From positions 1,037,480 to 1,101,479 of the forward strand of contig OZ253948.1 in assembly GCA_965267285.1 (NCBI GenBank): a stretch of DNA of 64,000 nucleotides. Direction: 5' to 3'. The DNA comes from Salibacteraceae bacterium. GTDB taxonomy: Bacteria > Bacteroidota > Bacteroidia > Flavobacteriales_G > Salibacteraceae. This document shows, piece after piece, positions 45,237 through 53,514 of the stretch (positions within the stretch are counted from its first letter, which is position 1; each line of letters opens with the position of its first letter). The notes under the pieces were generated by a model. It was given only the letters and a program-made list of their open reading frames with translations, searched no databases and was not told where the DNA came from. The position numbers were made by a program, and so were the translations under genes.

Positions 45237-46913
45237 ATGGCTTTCAAATCGGACCTGGAGATTGCGCAGGCAGCGCAAATGACACACATACGCGACATTG
45301 CTTCCAAGCTCAATATTTCTGAAGATGATTTGGAGCTCTACGGAAAGTACAAGGCCAAGTTGCCCCTTGGCCTGATTGATCCTGAGCAGATCAAGAAAAA
45401 CAAATTGATCTTGGTTACGGCACTTACCCCAACTCCAGCCGGAGAAGGCAAGACAACGGTATCGATAGGGCTCACTGAGGGCATGAATAAGATTGGCAAG
45501 CAGACAACCGTTGTGCTTCGTGAGCCTTCTTTGGGCCCGGTCTTTGGAATTAAAGGTGGTGCCGCAGGAGGAGGATACAGTCAGGTAGTGCCCATGGAGG
45601 ATATCAACCTTCACTTCACCGGAGATTTTTCCGCTGTTGAAAAGGCCAACAACTTACTTAGCGCCTTGATTGATAACAACCTGCAAAGCAGGACGCGGAG
45701 CTTGAATCTCGATCCGAGACTAATCTATTGGAAGCGGGTGATGGACATGAATGACCGCGCACTAAGGAATATTACAATCGGGCTTGGAGGCGCAACCAAT
45801 GGTATGCCTCGTCAGGATGGATTCAACATCACACCAGCCTCCGAAGTGATGGCCATTCTGTGTATGTCGAACGACATGGCAGATCTCAAGAAACGCCTCG
45901 GTAACATTTTCGTTGGCTTTACAATGGACCGAAAACCGATCTACGCTCGAGACTTGAATGCAGAGGCCGCAATGACCATCCTGCTAAAAGATGCCATCAA
46001 ACCAAATCTGGTCCAGACACTGGAGGGAAATCCGGCCATTATTCATGGCGGTCCATTTGCCAACATCGCACAGGGAACCAATACCATCATCGCAACCAAA
46101 GTGGGACTGAGCACTTCCGACTATGTGGTAACAGAGGCAGGATTTGGTTCGGACCTCGGTGCGGAGAAATTCCTTAACATCAAGTGTGGATATGCCGGCC
46201 TCAAGCCAGATACCATTGTATTGGTTGCAACTATTCGAGCATTGCGTCATCACGGCGGGGCAGAGAAGGAAGAATATGGAGACGTTTCACTTGAAAGGGT
46301 ACAGGCAGGATTTCCAAACCTTGCCAAGCATATTGAAAACGCCATCCATGTGGGCCTCAAACCGGTGGTCGCGATCAATCACCGAACTGGAGATGGTGAA
46401 GACGAAATAGCCTATATCCAAAAAGCTTGTGAAGAGATGGGTGTAAAGGCTATAGTGAGTAAAGGATGGGCCGATGGAGGAGAAGGTACGCAAGATTTAG
46501 CCAGGGCGGTCGTGGACAACATCGAAAATGCAGGCAACGACTTCAAGCCGCTTTACGACTGGAATGACTCTGTAGAGAATAAGGTAGAAGCCATTGCGAA
46601 GAATGTATACGGTGCAGACGGAGTAGATTACCAAGGCAAGGCCAACACGGATCTCAAAAGGATTTACAACCTGGGTCTCGACAAACTGCCCATCTGTATG
46701 GCGAAAACGCAGAAGTCCTTCTCTGACAACGACAAATTGCGAGGTCGACCAACCGGCTTCAGATTGACCGTCAGGGAATTTGAAATTGCAGCGGGCGCGG
46801 GATTTGTCATTCCCATTACGGGTCAAATGATGCGCATGCCGGGCTTGCCGGCTGTGCCAGCCTCGGAGGGTATGGACATCGATGCTGATGGCAAAATCAC
46901 AGGTTTGAGTTAA
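45237..46913 (+). CDS. fhs: Formate--tetrahydrofolate ligase
   Basis: SDLEIAQ..., TPTPAGEGKTT, and EPSLGPVFGIKGGAAGGGY. Confidence 0.96.
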   Translation: MAFKSDLEIAQAAQMTHIRDIASKLNISEDDLELYGKYKAKLPLGLIDPEQIKKNKLILVTALTPTPAGEGKTTVSIGLTEGMNKIGKQTTVVLREPSLGPVFGIKGGAAGGGYSQVVPMEDINLHFTGDFSAVEKANNLLSALIDNNLQSRTRSLNLDPRLIYWKRVMDMNDRALRNITIGLGGATNGMPRQDGFNITPASEVMAILCMSNDMADLKKRLGNIFVGFTMDRKPIYARDLNAEAAMTILLKDAIKPNLVQTLEGNPAIIHGGPFANIAQGTNTIIATKVGLSTSDYVVTEAGFGSDLGAEKFLNIKCGYAGLKPDTIVLVATIRALRHHGGAEKEEYGDVSLERVQAGFPNLAKHIENAIHVGLKPVVAINHRTGDGEDEIAYIQKACEEMGVKAIVSKGWADGGEGTQDLARAVVDNIENAGNDFKPLYDWNDSVENKVEAIAKNVYGADGVDYQGKANTDLKRIYNLGLDKLPICMAKTQKSFSDNDKLRGRPTGFRLTVREFEIAAGAGFVIPITGQMMRMPGLPAVPASEGMDIDADGKITGLS

Positions 46914-47299
46914 TCCTCGTCTTCGACTTCCTTGGGTTTTGCCGTGATGTCTGTTGTAGAAAGAAGATAAACGAGCAATGCTGCGCCAGCACCTAGGAAC
47001 AGGGGCAGTCCAACTATATGAAGGTCTCCGTTGATCATGTGCATTCCAATTGCACCCGTCATGAGAATGGCCTGAATCGTTGCAGACCACAGACGGTAAC
47101 GATCTACAAACAACCCGATAGACGTGAGCACTTCAACTGCCCCAACGACATACATGAGTTGAAATGACGCATTCAGTGATTCAAAGTCCTCGATATCCCA
47201 TGGCGCACCAACCATCTTGGCCATACCCGAGGCAAAGAATATAATCGATAGAAAGGCGATGTCTAACCAGATGATAAACCTTCTGAATTTTGGATCCAT
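46910..47299 (-). CDS. DoxX-family membrane protein
   Basis: 4 TM with a ...FFASGMAKM.G... pattern. ATG 47299 was chosen because the listed start (47356) would run through the upstream terminator. Confidence 0.65.
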   Translation of the reverse strand: MDPKFRRFIIWLDIAFLSIIFFASGMAKMVGAPWDIEDFESLNASFQLMYVVGAVEVLTSIGLFVDRYRLWSATIQAILMTGAIGMHMINGDLHIVGLPLFLGAGAALLVYLLSTTDITAKPKEVEDED

Positions 47300-47339
47300 A
47301 ACAATTTGTTTTGAACAAAATTTCAGTTGAGTAGGGGCC

Positions 47340-47366
47340 AAAAAAAAGTCCCGCATCAGCGGGACT
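47340..47366 (-). terminator. Rho-independent terminator of the 47395-48909 gene
   Basis: On the minus strand: AGTCCCGC-tgat-GCGGGACT followed by T8. Confidence 0.8.
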
Positions 47367-47394
47367 CATGATTTTCATCATTGATTGTATAGTC

Positions 47395-48909
47395 TTATAG
47401 AAGGCTCAGTCCAACCTTGAATCCAGGGTAGATCTGAACATTATTGTTGCCAATCACTTCCTGATACGTAGTGTATGGCACAGCTCTGGAAGTGAATTGC
47501 TGCGTATCCTCGTCAAACATGTTGGAGACATGGATGTTGAGTGTCGCTCCGGCGTGAACTGCAAATTTTTTGGAGAATTGATAATGTGCTCCCAGGTTGA
47601 TCTTATTGAGGTTGTTGAGCACTCTTGTTGGTCCGGCTCCTTCATTCACATGGTATGCAACACCGTCAAGAGTGATGTCCACTTTTGGATGCACCTCAAA
47701 GGCTGTCCCGATTCCATAGCCATATGCCCATAGGAATAGATTGTTTTCGAGTCTCGTTCCAATTGCAAGAACGTTGTAAAACTTCTTCATTCCAAGTCGA
47801 AGGGTAGCTTGTGTATAGAAGGTTTCGGTGGACGAAAGGTCAAATCGGGAGTAACCATTTCTTGAGAAGCTGAGCAAGCCAATTTGTGCTCCCCCATCGA
47901 TGGAATCCGCAACGTTGATGATTCCCACCTGGATTCCCTGAAGTCGTTTGGCTACATTGAGGAAACCGCTGACTTGGAATCCTTGTGCATCCTTGCCTGC
48001 CGTATTTAGGAATCCGGCTACCTGGCCACCTTTCATGTTGCCTTTGGCCACATTAATGAACCCGGCTGCCTGACCACCATTCAAGTCACCGCCTACCACA
48101 TTCAGAAACCCTGCACCTTGAAGCACCCTGGAATCCCTCAATGAGACATTCCCGAAACCACCGGCCTGGACGCCATTCATGCTTCCACGCACTACGTTGA
48201 TGAAACCGGCCAGCTGTCCACCTTCAAAATCTTCGATCGTCGTACTCACAAACCCGGCTCCTTGAATCCCTTTGAAGTTGCCCCTGGTTGTATTGAAAAA
48301 GCTAGCGCCCTGCACACCAACAAAGTCACCGATGGTGACATTGCCAAAACCGCTGACCTGTCCTCCTTTTAAGCCGCCCTTGGTGACACTGATGAATCCG
48401 GCCGTCTGGATTCCTTCCAGGGAACCGATGGTTGTATTGACGAATCCGGCTCCCTGGATTCCGTCGACCTTGCCTTTCACAAAGTTGTTGAAGCCGGCAA
48501 ACTGAACTCCCTTAAAGTCCTTGGTGACCACATTGATAAATCCGGCACCTTGGACTGCCTCCACGTTGCCGAATACACTATTGCCAAATCCTGCCAATTG
48601 AAGGCCTCGCGCGTAGCGTTTGTCGGAGTTCCAGAATCCACCCAATTCGATCCCGTTATTGCCCCCGTTGTGACCCGCGATAAGATTGATCGAAAGATTT
48701 GTTTCGTACTTGTCGTAGTCCCATCCATTGGTGCCTAGCGGTGTAAAAAATGTGATTTGGAAGGGGATCTTCTTCAATTCCTCCTCTTCCTCGATCACTT
48801 CTATTTCAATCTTTACGGATTTTTCGTTAACCGTAGAATCGGCTTCTTGGGCCCGGACCGAAAACAGTCCGAACCCAATGATGAAACCGAAGGCGTATAT
48901 TGCTCTCAT
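47395..48909 (-). CDS. Exported repeat protein (G.Q.AGF.N ~20-aa repeats) with C-terminal beta-barrel-like region
   Basis: Signal peptide, an E-rich segment, about 15-17 G(V/I)Q.AGF(I/V)N.. units, and a C-terminal alternating-hydrophobic segment ending ...GFKVGLSLL. Confidence 0.65.
   Translation of the reverse strand: MRAIYAFGFIIGFGLFSVRAQEADSTVNEKSVKIEIEVIEEEEELKKIPFQITFFTPLGTNGWDYDKYETNLSINLIAGHNGGNNGIELGGFWNSDKRYARGLQLAGFGNSVFGNVEAVQGAGFINVVTKDFKGVQFAGFNNFVKGKVDGIQGAGFVNTTIGSLEGIQTAGFISVTKGGLKGGQVSGFGNVTIGDFVGVQGASFFNTTRGNFKGIQGAGFVSTTIEDFEGGQLAGFINVVRGSMNGVQAGGFGNVSLRDSRVLQGAGFLNVVGGDLNGGQAAGFINVAKGNMKGGQVAGFLNTAGKDAQGFQVSGFLNVAKRLQGIQVGIINVADSIDGGAQIGLLSFSRNGYSRFDLSSTETFYTQATLRLGMKKFYNVLAIGTRLENNLFLWAYGYGIGTAFEVHPKVDITLDGVAYHVNEGAGPTRVLNNLNKINLGAHYQFSKKFAVHAGATLNIHVSNMFDEDTQQFTSRAVPYTTYQEVIGNNNVQIYPGFKVGLSLL
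47875..48654 (-). repeat. About 15-17 tandem 17-20-aa protein repeats, consensus G.Q.AGF.N....G...
   Basis: Counted by eye from the translated ORF (GGFWNS, AGFGNS, AGFINV, AGFNNF, AGFVNT ...). Confidence 0.7.
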
Positions 48910-48932
48910 GCCGTTTCTTTTTGCAGATGATA

Positions 48933-49667
48933 TTACCCGTCGTGTCTTACGTCGCCGGATCCATCGATATCAACCTCAGTACTAGGTGTCCCTCGGTAGT
49001 ACACATCACCGCTTCCGTTGATGTCCACCTTCAGGTGATCGCTCACATTCACTTTTGCGTCACCGGAACCACTGATACTTACTGTAGCCCTGTTCACAGG
49101 AAATTCAAAGCCATCGATATCTCCCGATCCATCGATGTCGATATCGAGCGAATAACCCTCTCCGTAGAGGTCGATGCAACCGGAACCGTTGATTTCCGTG
49201 TCTACATCGTTGTAGTTCAGTTCAAGCTCCATATCACCCGAACCGCTGATGGAAGCCAAAAGATCGTCTCCCTCAAATTTGGTAAGGGTTACAATGTCAC
49301 CACTTCCTCTCAATTTGATCTCACTCAAATCCTTGGTGGTGATGGTCAATACGAGCCTTTTCGAATAACTCACACATTGTTTGTCGAAGTCAATGATAAG
49401 TTGGCCTCCAACCACATCGGTGTTCAGAATGTCAACGATATTTTGCTGACCTTCAATCTCGATTATTCCGTTTTCGATGTCACTTGACTGCTTTAAGTAG
49501 ATGTCGGCGGATCCGTCTAATCTGATTTCGTGGAAGAAATCTGTGGTGCGTGTTTCGGTGATCAGGTCACCCTTACCTTGAACACACCCAAGATTGTTGA
49601 GCCCACAAGAAGAGATCATTGGTACGATGACCACGACTGCTGCACTATTCAAAATCCAATTTTTCAT
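48933..49667 (-). CDS. DUF2807/'head GIN'-domain lipoprotein (putative beta-helical adhesin-head-like)
   Basis: Lipobox ISSCG. Repeated GSGD(I/V/M) motifs every ~20-25 aa. Confidence 0.7.
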   Translation of the reverse strand: MKNWILNSAAVVVIVPMISSCGLNNLGCVQGKGDLITETRTTDFFHEIRLDGSADIYLKQSSDIENGIIEIEGQQNIVDILNTDVVGGQLIIDFDKQCVSYSKRLVLTITTKDLSEIKLRGSGDIVTLTKFEGDDLLASISGSGDMELELNYNDVDTEINGSGCIDLYGEGYSLDIDIDGSGDIDGFEFPVNRATVSISGSGDAKVNVSDHLKVDINGSGDVYYRGTPSTEVDIDGSGDVRHDG

Positions 49668-49763
49668 GATGTAATTTTTTGTCGGTTTAATAGGAAGACA
49701 ACCTCAAATGGAAATACCCCTACCCGGAATAGCATTATTCTGAGAGAAACTTTACCTTGAACT

Positions 49764-49771
49764 TAGATTTG
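49764..49771 (+). promoter_or_regulatory. Candidate -7 box TAGATTTG
   Basis: 16 nt upstream of ATG 49788. Confidence 0.3.
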
Positions 49772-49787
49772 ATCCCGAAACGCCCTG

Positions 49788-50743
49788 ATGACAAGGATCC
49801 TGAAGCCAAAAATTTTTCTCACAATTTTCTTCGCCGCCTCGATTTTGGATGGATTTGGACAGCAATATGTCGACCTGCTCAAGGTCAATGCTACGCTTTC
49901 TCCTTCCAATCAATTTGTGGATACTTCCACTTCTTCGGACCTCCATGAGTATAACGTGGATCTCACTATTCCTGTCCCCCTGGGTGAAAAGGCTGCAATC
50001 CTGACCGGCGTGATTTACGATCACGCTGAAATGTCATTGTATTCCGATACGCGTGTTCCGAGACATTACCTGGACGCCATCTCACTGAAGGTAGGTTTGA
50101 ATCTGAAACACAGCAATAAGTTCTCCGGTACCTATGTATTTCTGCCCAAGATCAGTTCGGATTTCAACAATATTTCGCCAAAGGATTATCAATTCGGGGG
50201 CGTTGCTTTGTGGAAGTATCAGAAGCACGACAGGCTCAATTACAAGTTTGGTATGTATTTCAACGGGGAGCTATTTGGACCATTTGCCGTCGCTATTCTG
50301 GGATTCTACTATCAATCGGAAGACAGGAAATTTGAAGCCAATTTCACGCTGCCAATAACTGCCGACCTCAACTACCGATTGTCGGACCGGTTTAGGTAGG
50401 TGCCAACTTTACTTCTGCGGTACGTTCCTTCCAAATTGATCAACAATACACCGACTTCAATGAAGTATACCTTCAAAAAAGCACGAATGAAATCTATCCC
50501 TACATAGAGTTTGCGCCGGCAAAGCCCATCCTGATACAAGCATTTGCCGGATATAGCATTGGTCGTGGGTATAAGGTATTCGAACAGGGTGACCGGGTAG
50601 ACTTCCGGTTCATCGCCTTCAACTTTGGTGATCAGAGAACGCAGTTAAATACAAGGTTCAGCGATGGATTTGTAGCCAGGTTTAGGTTGATCTACCGGCT
50701 GGACCTTTCCAAAAACAATAATGAAGAATTGTCTCTGGATTGA
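49788..50743 (+). pseudogene. Frameshifted gene for an exported outer-membrane beta-barrel-like protein
   Basis: ORF 49788-50399 stops at TAG. The -1 frame is open from 50396 to TGA 50741-50743 (115 codons) and reads on as ...RFR/VGANFTSAVRSF...ARFRLIYRLDL..., in the same beta-strand-like style. Confidence 0.6.
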
Positions 50744-51607
50744 TCACTCAAACACCTCCCTGAAGGCGAAGGTCTCATCCAGGCGAATTCCCTTCTCAGT
50801 CCTTTTTAGCGTAGCCAGCTCATTGTATGCATCGTGCTCAAAGAAAAGCACGTATTGATTTTCCACCGCTTCTTCGAGGAAAGAGCCCTTCTCCTTCATG
50901 GTCACCAATGGCCTCGTGTCATAACCCATGACATATGCCAAAGGGATGTGCCCGGTAGAAGGCATTAGGTCGGCACAGAACACAATGGTTTTTCCCTTGT
51001 ACTTGATCATGGGGAGCATCTGTGCCTCCGTATGCCCATTGACAATGATTGCTCCGAAATTGGGGAAGATATCCTCGACACGATCTGAACCCTGATTGAG
51101 ACTCACCCAGTTGAGCTGACCGGATTCTTCTATGGGTTTGATATTTTCCGAAAGGAAGGAAGCTTTCTCACGTGGATTTGGCTCGGTGGCCCATTTCCAA
51201 TGATTGGCATTGGAGTGAAATTGAGCATTCTTAAATGCGGGTTCGTATCCGCTGCGATCCTTGTTCCATTGAATTGCACCACCGCAATGATCGAAGTGAA
51301 GGTGGGTGAGAAAAACATCCGTGATGTCATCTTTTGTGAACCCCAGTTGGGCTAGCGACTTGTCCAGGGAGTGATCACCATGGAGGTAATAGAAGCTAAA
51401 GAATTTTTCGCTCTGCTTTTCACCAATACCGCAGTCTATCAAGACAAGTCGATCTTCGTATTCCACGAGCATAGAGCGCATTGCCCAGGTGCACATATTG
51501 TTTTCATCCGCAGGATTGGTACGCGACCAAAGGCTTTTCGGAACAACTCCGAACATGGCACCGCCATCCAATTTGAAATTGCCTGTGTGTATTGGATAAA
51601 CTCTCAT
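50744..51607 (-). CDS. MBL-fold metallo-hydrolase
   Basis: THLHFDHCGG (HxHxDH) motif. Confidence 0.85.
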   Translation of the reverse strand: MRVYPIHTGNFKLDGGAMFGVVPKSLWSRTNPADENNMCTWAMRSMLVEYEDRLVLIDCGIGEKQSEKFFSFYYLHGDHSLDKSLAQLGFTKDDITDVFLTHLHFDHCGGAIQWNKDRSGYEPAFKNAQFHSNANHWKWATEPNPREKASFLSENIKPIEESGQLNWVSLNQGSDRVEDIFPNFGAIIVNGHTEAQMLPMIKYKGKTIVFCADLMPSTGHIPLAYVMGYDTRPLVTMKEKGSFLEEAVENQYVLFFEHDAYNELATLKRTEKGIRLDETFAFREVFE

Positions 51608-51612
51608 AAGGC

Positions 51613-51620
51613 CAAATCTA
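51613..51620 (-). promoter_or_regulatory. Candidate -7 box TAGATTTG, 5 nt before ATG 51607
   Basis: Plus strand CAAATCTA. Confidence 0.3.
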
Positions 51621-51640
51621 TAAAATGAAGGACCAAATCC

Positions 51641-51648
51641 TACTTTTG
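51641..51648 (+). promoter_or_regulatory. Candidate -7 box TACTTTTG, 4 nt before the aroQ ATG
   Basis: TAnnTTTG then cacc then ATG 51653. Confidence 0.35.
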
Positions 51649-51652
51649 CACC

Positions 51653-52072
51653 ATGAGGGTACTTATCATCAACGGGCCCAACCTCAACCTGCTCGGCAAG
51701 AGGGAGCCAGCAGTTTATGGTGGCAAATCCTTTGAAGATTATTTAAAGGAACTCAAAGCTTCGTTCGAGAACGTTGCGGTTGACTATTTCCAGTCGAATG
51801 TCGAAGGGGAGATTATCAACCAAATTCAGGCTGCAAATGGGCATTATGATGGAATTCTCCTGAATGCGGCCGGTTATACACACACATCCGTAGCCATTGC
51901 TGATGCTGTCGCAGCCATCGACACTCCCGTTGTCGAGATTCACATATCTAATATCTATGCCAGAGAGGAGGTTCGACACAATTCCCTAATTGCCAAACAT
52001 TGCATCGGTCAGATAAGTGGTTTGGGCCTGGAAGGATATAAGCTTGCCCTTCAGTATTTAATGGCAAAATAA
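51653..52072 (+). CDS. aroQ: Type II 3-dehydroquinate dehydratase
   Basis: ILIINGPNLNLLGKREP.VYG, NAAGYTHTSVA and EIHISNI. Confidence 0.95.
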   Translation: MRVLIINGPNLNLLGKREPAVYGGKSFEDYLKELKASFENVAVDYFQSNVEGEIINQIQAANGHYDGILLNAAGYTHTSVAIADAVAAIDTPVVEIHISNIYAREEVRHNSLIAKHCIGQISGLGLEGYKLALQYLMAK

Positions 52073-52150
52073 CTGTTGCAGCTGATGACCATGGCATAGC
52101 GTGTTTCCTAATGCTAAAACATTACTTTAGCCGCCCTCAAATTCATCTTC

Positions 52151-53503
52151 ATGGAGCAAGGCCAATTACTCGGACACCCTAAAGGGTTGTTTATCCTCTT
52201 TTTTACTGAACTATGGGAGCGCTTCTCCTATTACGGAATGCGTGCTATCCTGGTGCTCTATCTCACTGCGGAGACCACGGATATGATCAACCCAGGTCTG
52301 GGATGGACCAGCAAAGAAGCTTTGGCGCTTTATGGATGGTATGGAATGTTTGTCTACTTCACAGGTATCGGAGGGGGTTACATCGCCGATCGGTGGCTTG
52401 GGCAAAAGAAGTCTGTATTGCTCGGTGGACTCTTCATCATCCTTGGTCAATTTGCCTTGGCAATGGTAAACATGACCTCCTTTTATGCGGGGCTCATACT
52501 CTTGGTTTGCGGCGTTGGACTCCTCAAGCCCAATATCAGTACCATGGTTGGTGGGCTCTATAAAAAGGGCGATGCCAGACGAGATTCGGGATTTACCATA
52601 TTCTACATAGGCATCAACATTGGCGCGGTGCTCGCGCCGCTTATCGTAGGTTACTTTGGCGAGAAAGTAGATTGGCACCTTGGTTTTTCCCTGGCCGGCT
52701 TTGGAATGATCCTCGGTCAACTGGTTTATGCATTTGGAGGAAAGTACCTTAAAGGGGTGGGAGACTTGCTCAAACACTCGGAGGAACATGGGCACCTGGC
52801 ATCAAAACCATTGACAAAGCAGGAAAAAGATAGGGTAGTCGTGATGTTCATTTCCTTCCTGATCGTAATGGTATTCTGGGCGGCGTATGAACAGGCAGGT
52901 GGATTGATGAACCTCTATGCCAGGGATAAGATAGATAGGGTGGTGATGGGATACGAGATACCAACGAGTTTCTTCCAATCGCTCCATGCACTTTACGTAG
53001 TAATCCTTGGAGCGCCTATGGCTTATTTCTGGGTCCAATGGAGAAAGAAAGGCCGGGAGTCGTCCTCGTTGTTCAAGATGGGCGCCGGATCCATCATTAT
53101 GAGTTTGGGATTTGTTGCACTGATGGGCGCAGCCTATGATGTTTCCGTCAGTGCCTTGGATAAAGCGCCGGTATACTGGCTATTCCTCTCCTACTTCCTG
53201 CATGTAGTGGCGGAGCTGAGCATTTCTCCGGTAGCCTTATCCTTCATCACGAAGTTGGCCCCCATGAAGTATGCGAGCCTGATGATGGGGACATATTTTG
53301 CCGTAACAGGCTTAGGAAACAAGCTGGCCGGTTTGCTTGGAGAGGCGGCGCAGGATGCCGGTGAAATGGCGATTTTTACGAGCATCGCAGTATTTACCCT
53401 TGTCTTGGGTATTCTGATCCTCTTATTTGTAAGAAAACTGAAGGCTCTAACACATGGAGCGGAAGACGTGCAGAATCCTCCAACACTCGTGGAGCCGGAA
53501 TAA
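52151..53503 (+). CDS. POT/PTR2-family proton-dependent oligopeptide transporter
   Basis: GHPKGLFILFFTELWERFSYYGMRAILVLYL PTR2 signature and about 12 TM. Confidence 0.88.
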   Translation: MEQGQLLGHPKGLFILFFTELWERFSYYGMRAILVLYLTAETTDMINPGLGWTSKEALALYGWYGMFVYFTGIGGGYIADRWLGQKKSVLLGGLFIILGQFALAMVNMTSFYAGLILLVCGVGLLKPNISTMVGGLYKKGDARRDSGFTIFYIGINIGAVLAPLIVGYFGEKVDWHLGFSLAGFGMILGQLVYAFGGKYLKGVGDLLKHSEEHGHLASKPLTKQEKDRVVVMFISFLIVMVFWAAYEQAGGLMNLYARDKIDRVVMGYEIPTSFFQSLHALYVVILGAPMAYFWVQWRKKGRESSSLFKMGAGSIIMSLGFVALMGAAYDVSVSALDKAPVYWLFLSYFLHVVAELSISPVALSFITKLAPMKYASLMMGTYFAVTGLGNKLAGLLGEAAQDAGEMAIFTSIAVFTLVLGILILLFVRKLKALTHGAEDVQNPPTLVEPE

Positions 53504-53514
53504 TTGGAATTGTC

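Noticed and set aside
46497-47090. A 197-aa minus-strand ORF inside or opposite fhs. Similar long ORFs lie opposite other genes: 45153-45614, 48900-49487, 42888-43427, 41902-42432, 52211-52795, 33054-33578, 4898-5422, 2730-3212 and 11280-11786.
   Set aside because: Each lies antisense to, or out of frame within, a gene with strong family motifs. Their translations are low-complexity and rich in R, S, P and C, with no recognisable motifs. They are typical shadow ORFs.
50391-50400. Programmed ribosomal frameshift at TTT AGG TAG G.
   Set aside because: A -1 shift is needed, but there is no X XXY YYZ slippery heptamer and no obvious downstream structure. A mutation or sequencing error is the simpler explanation.
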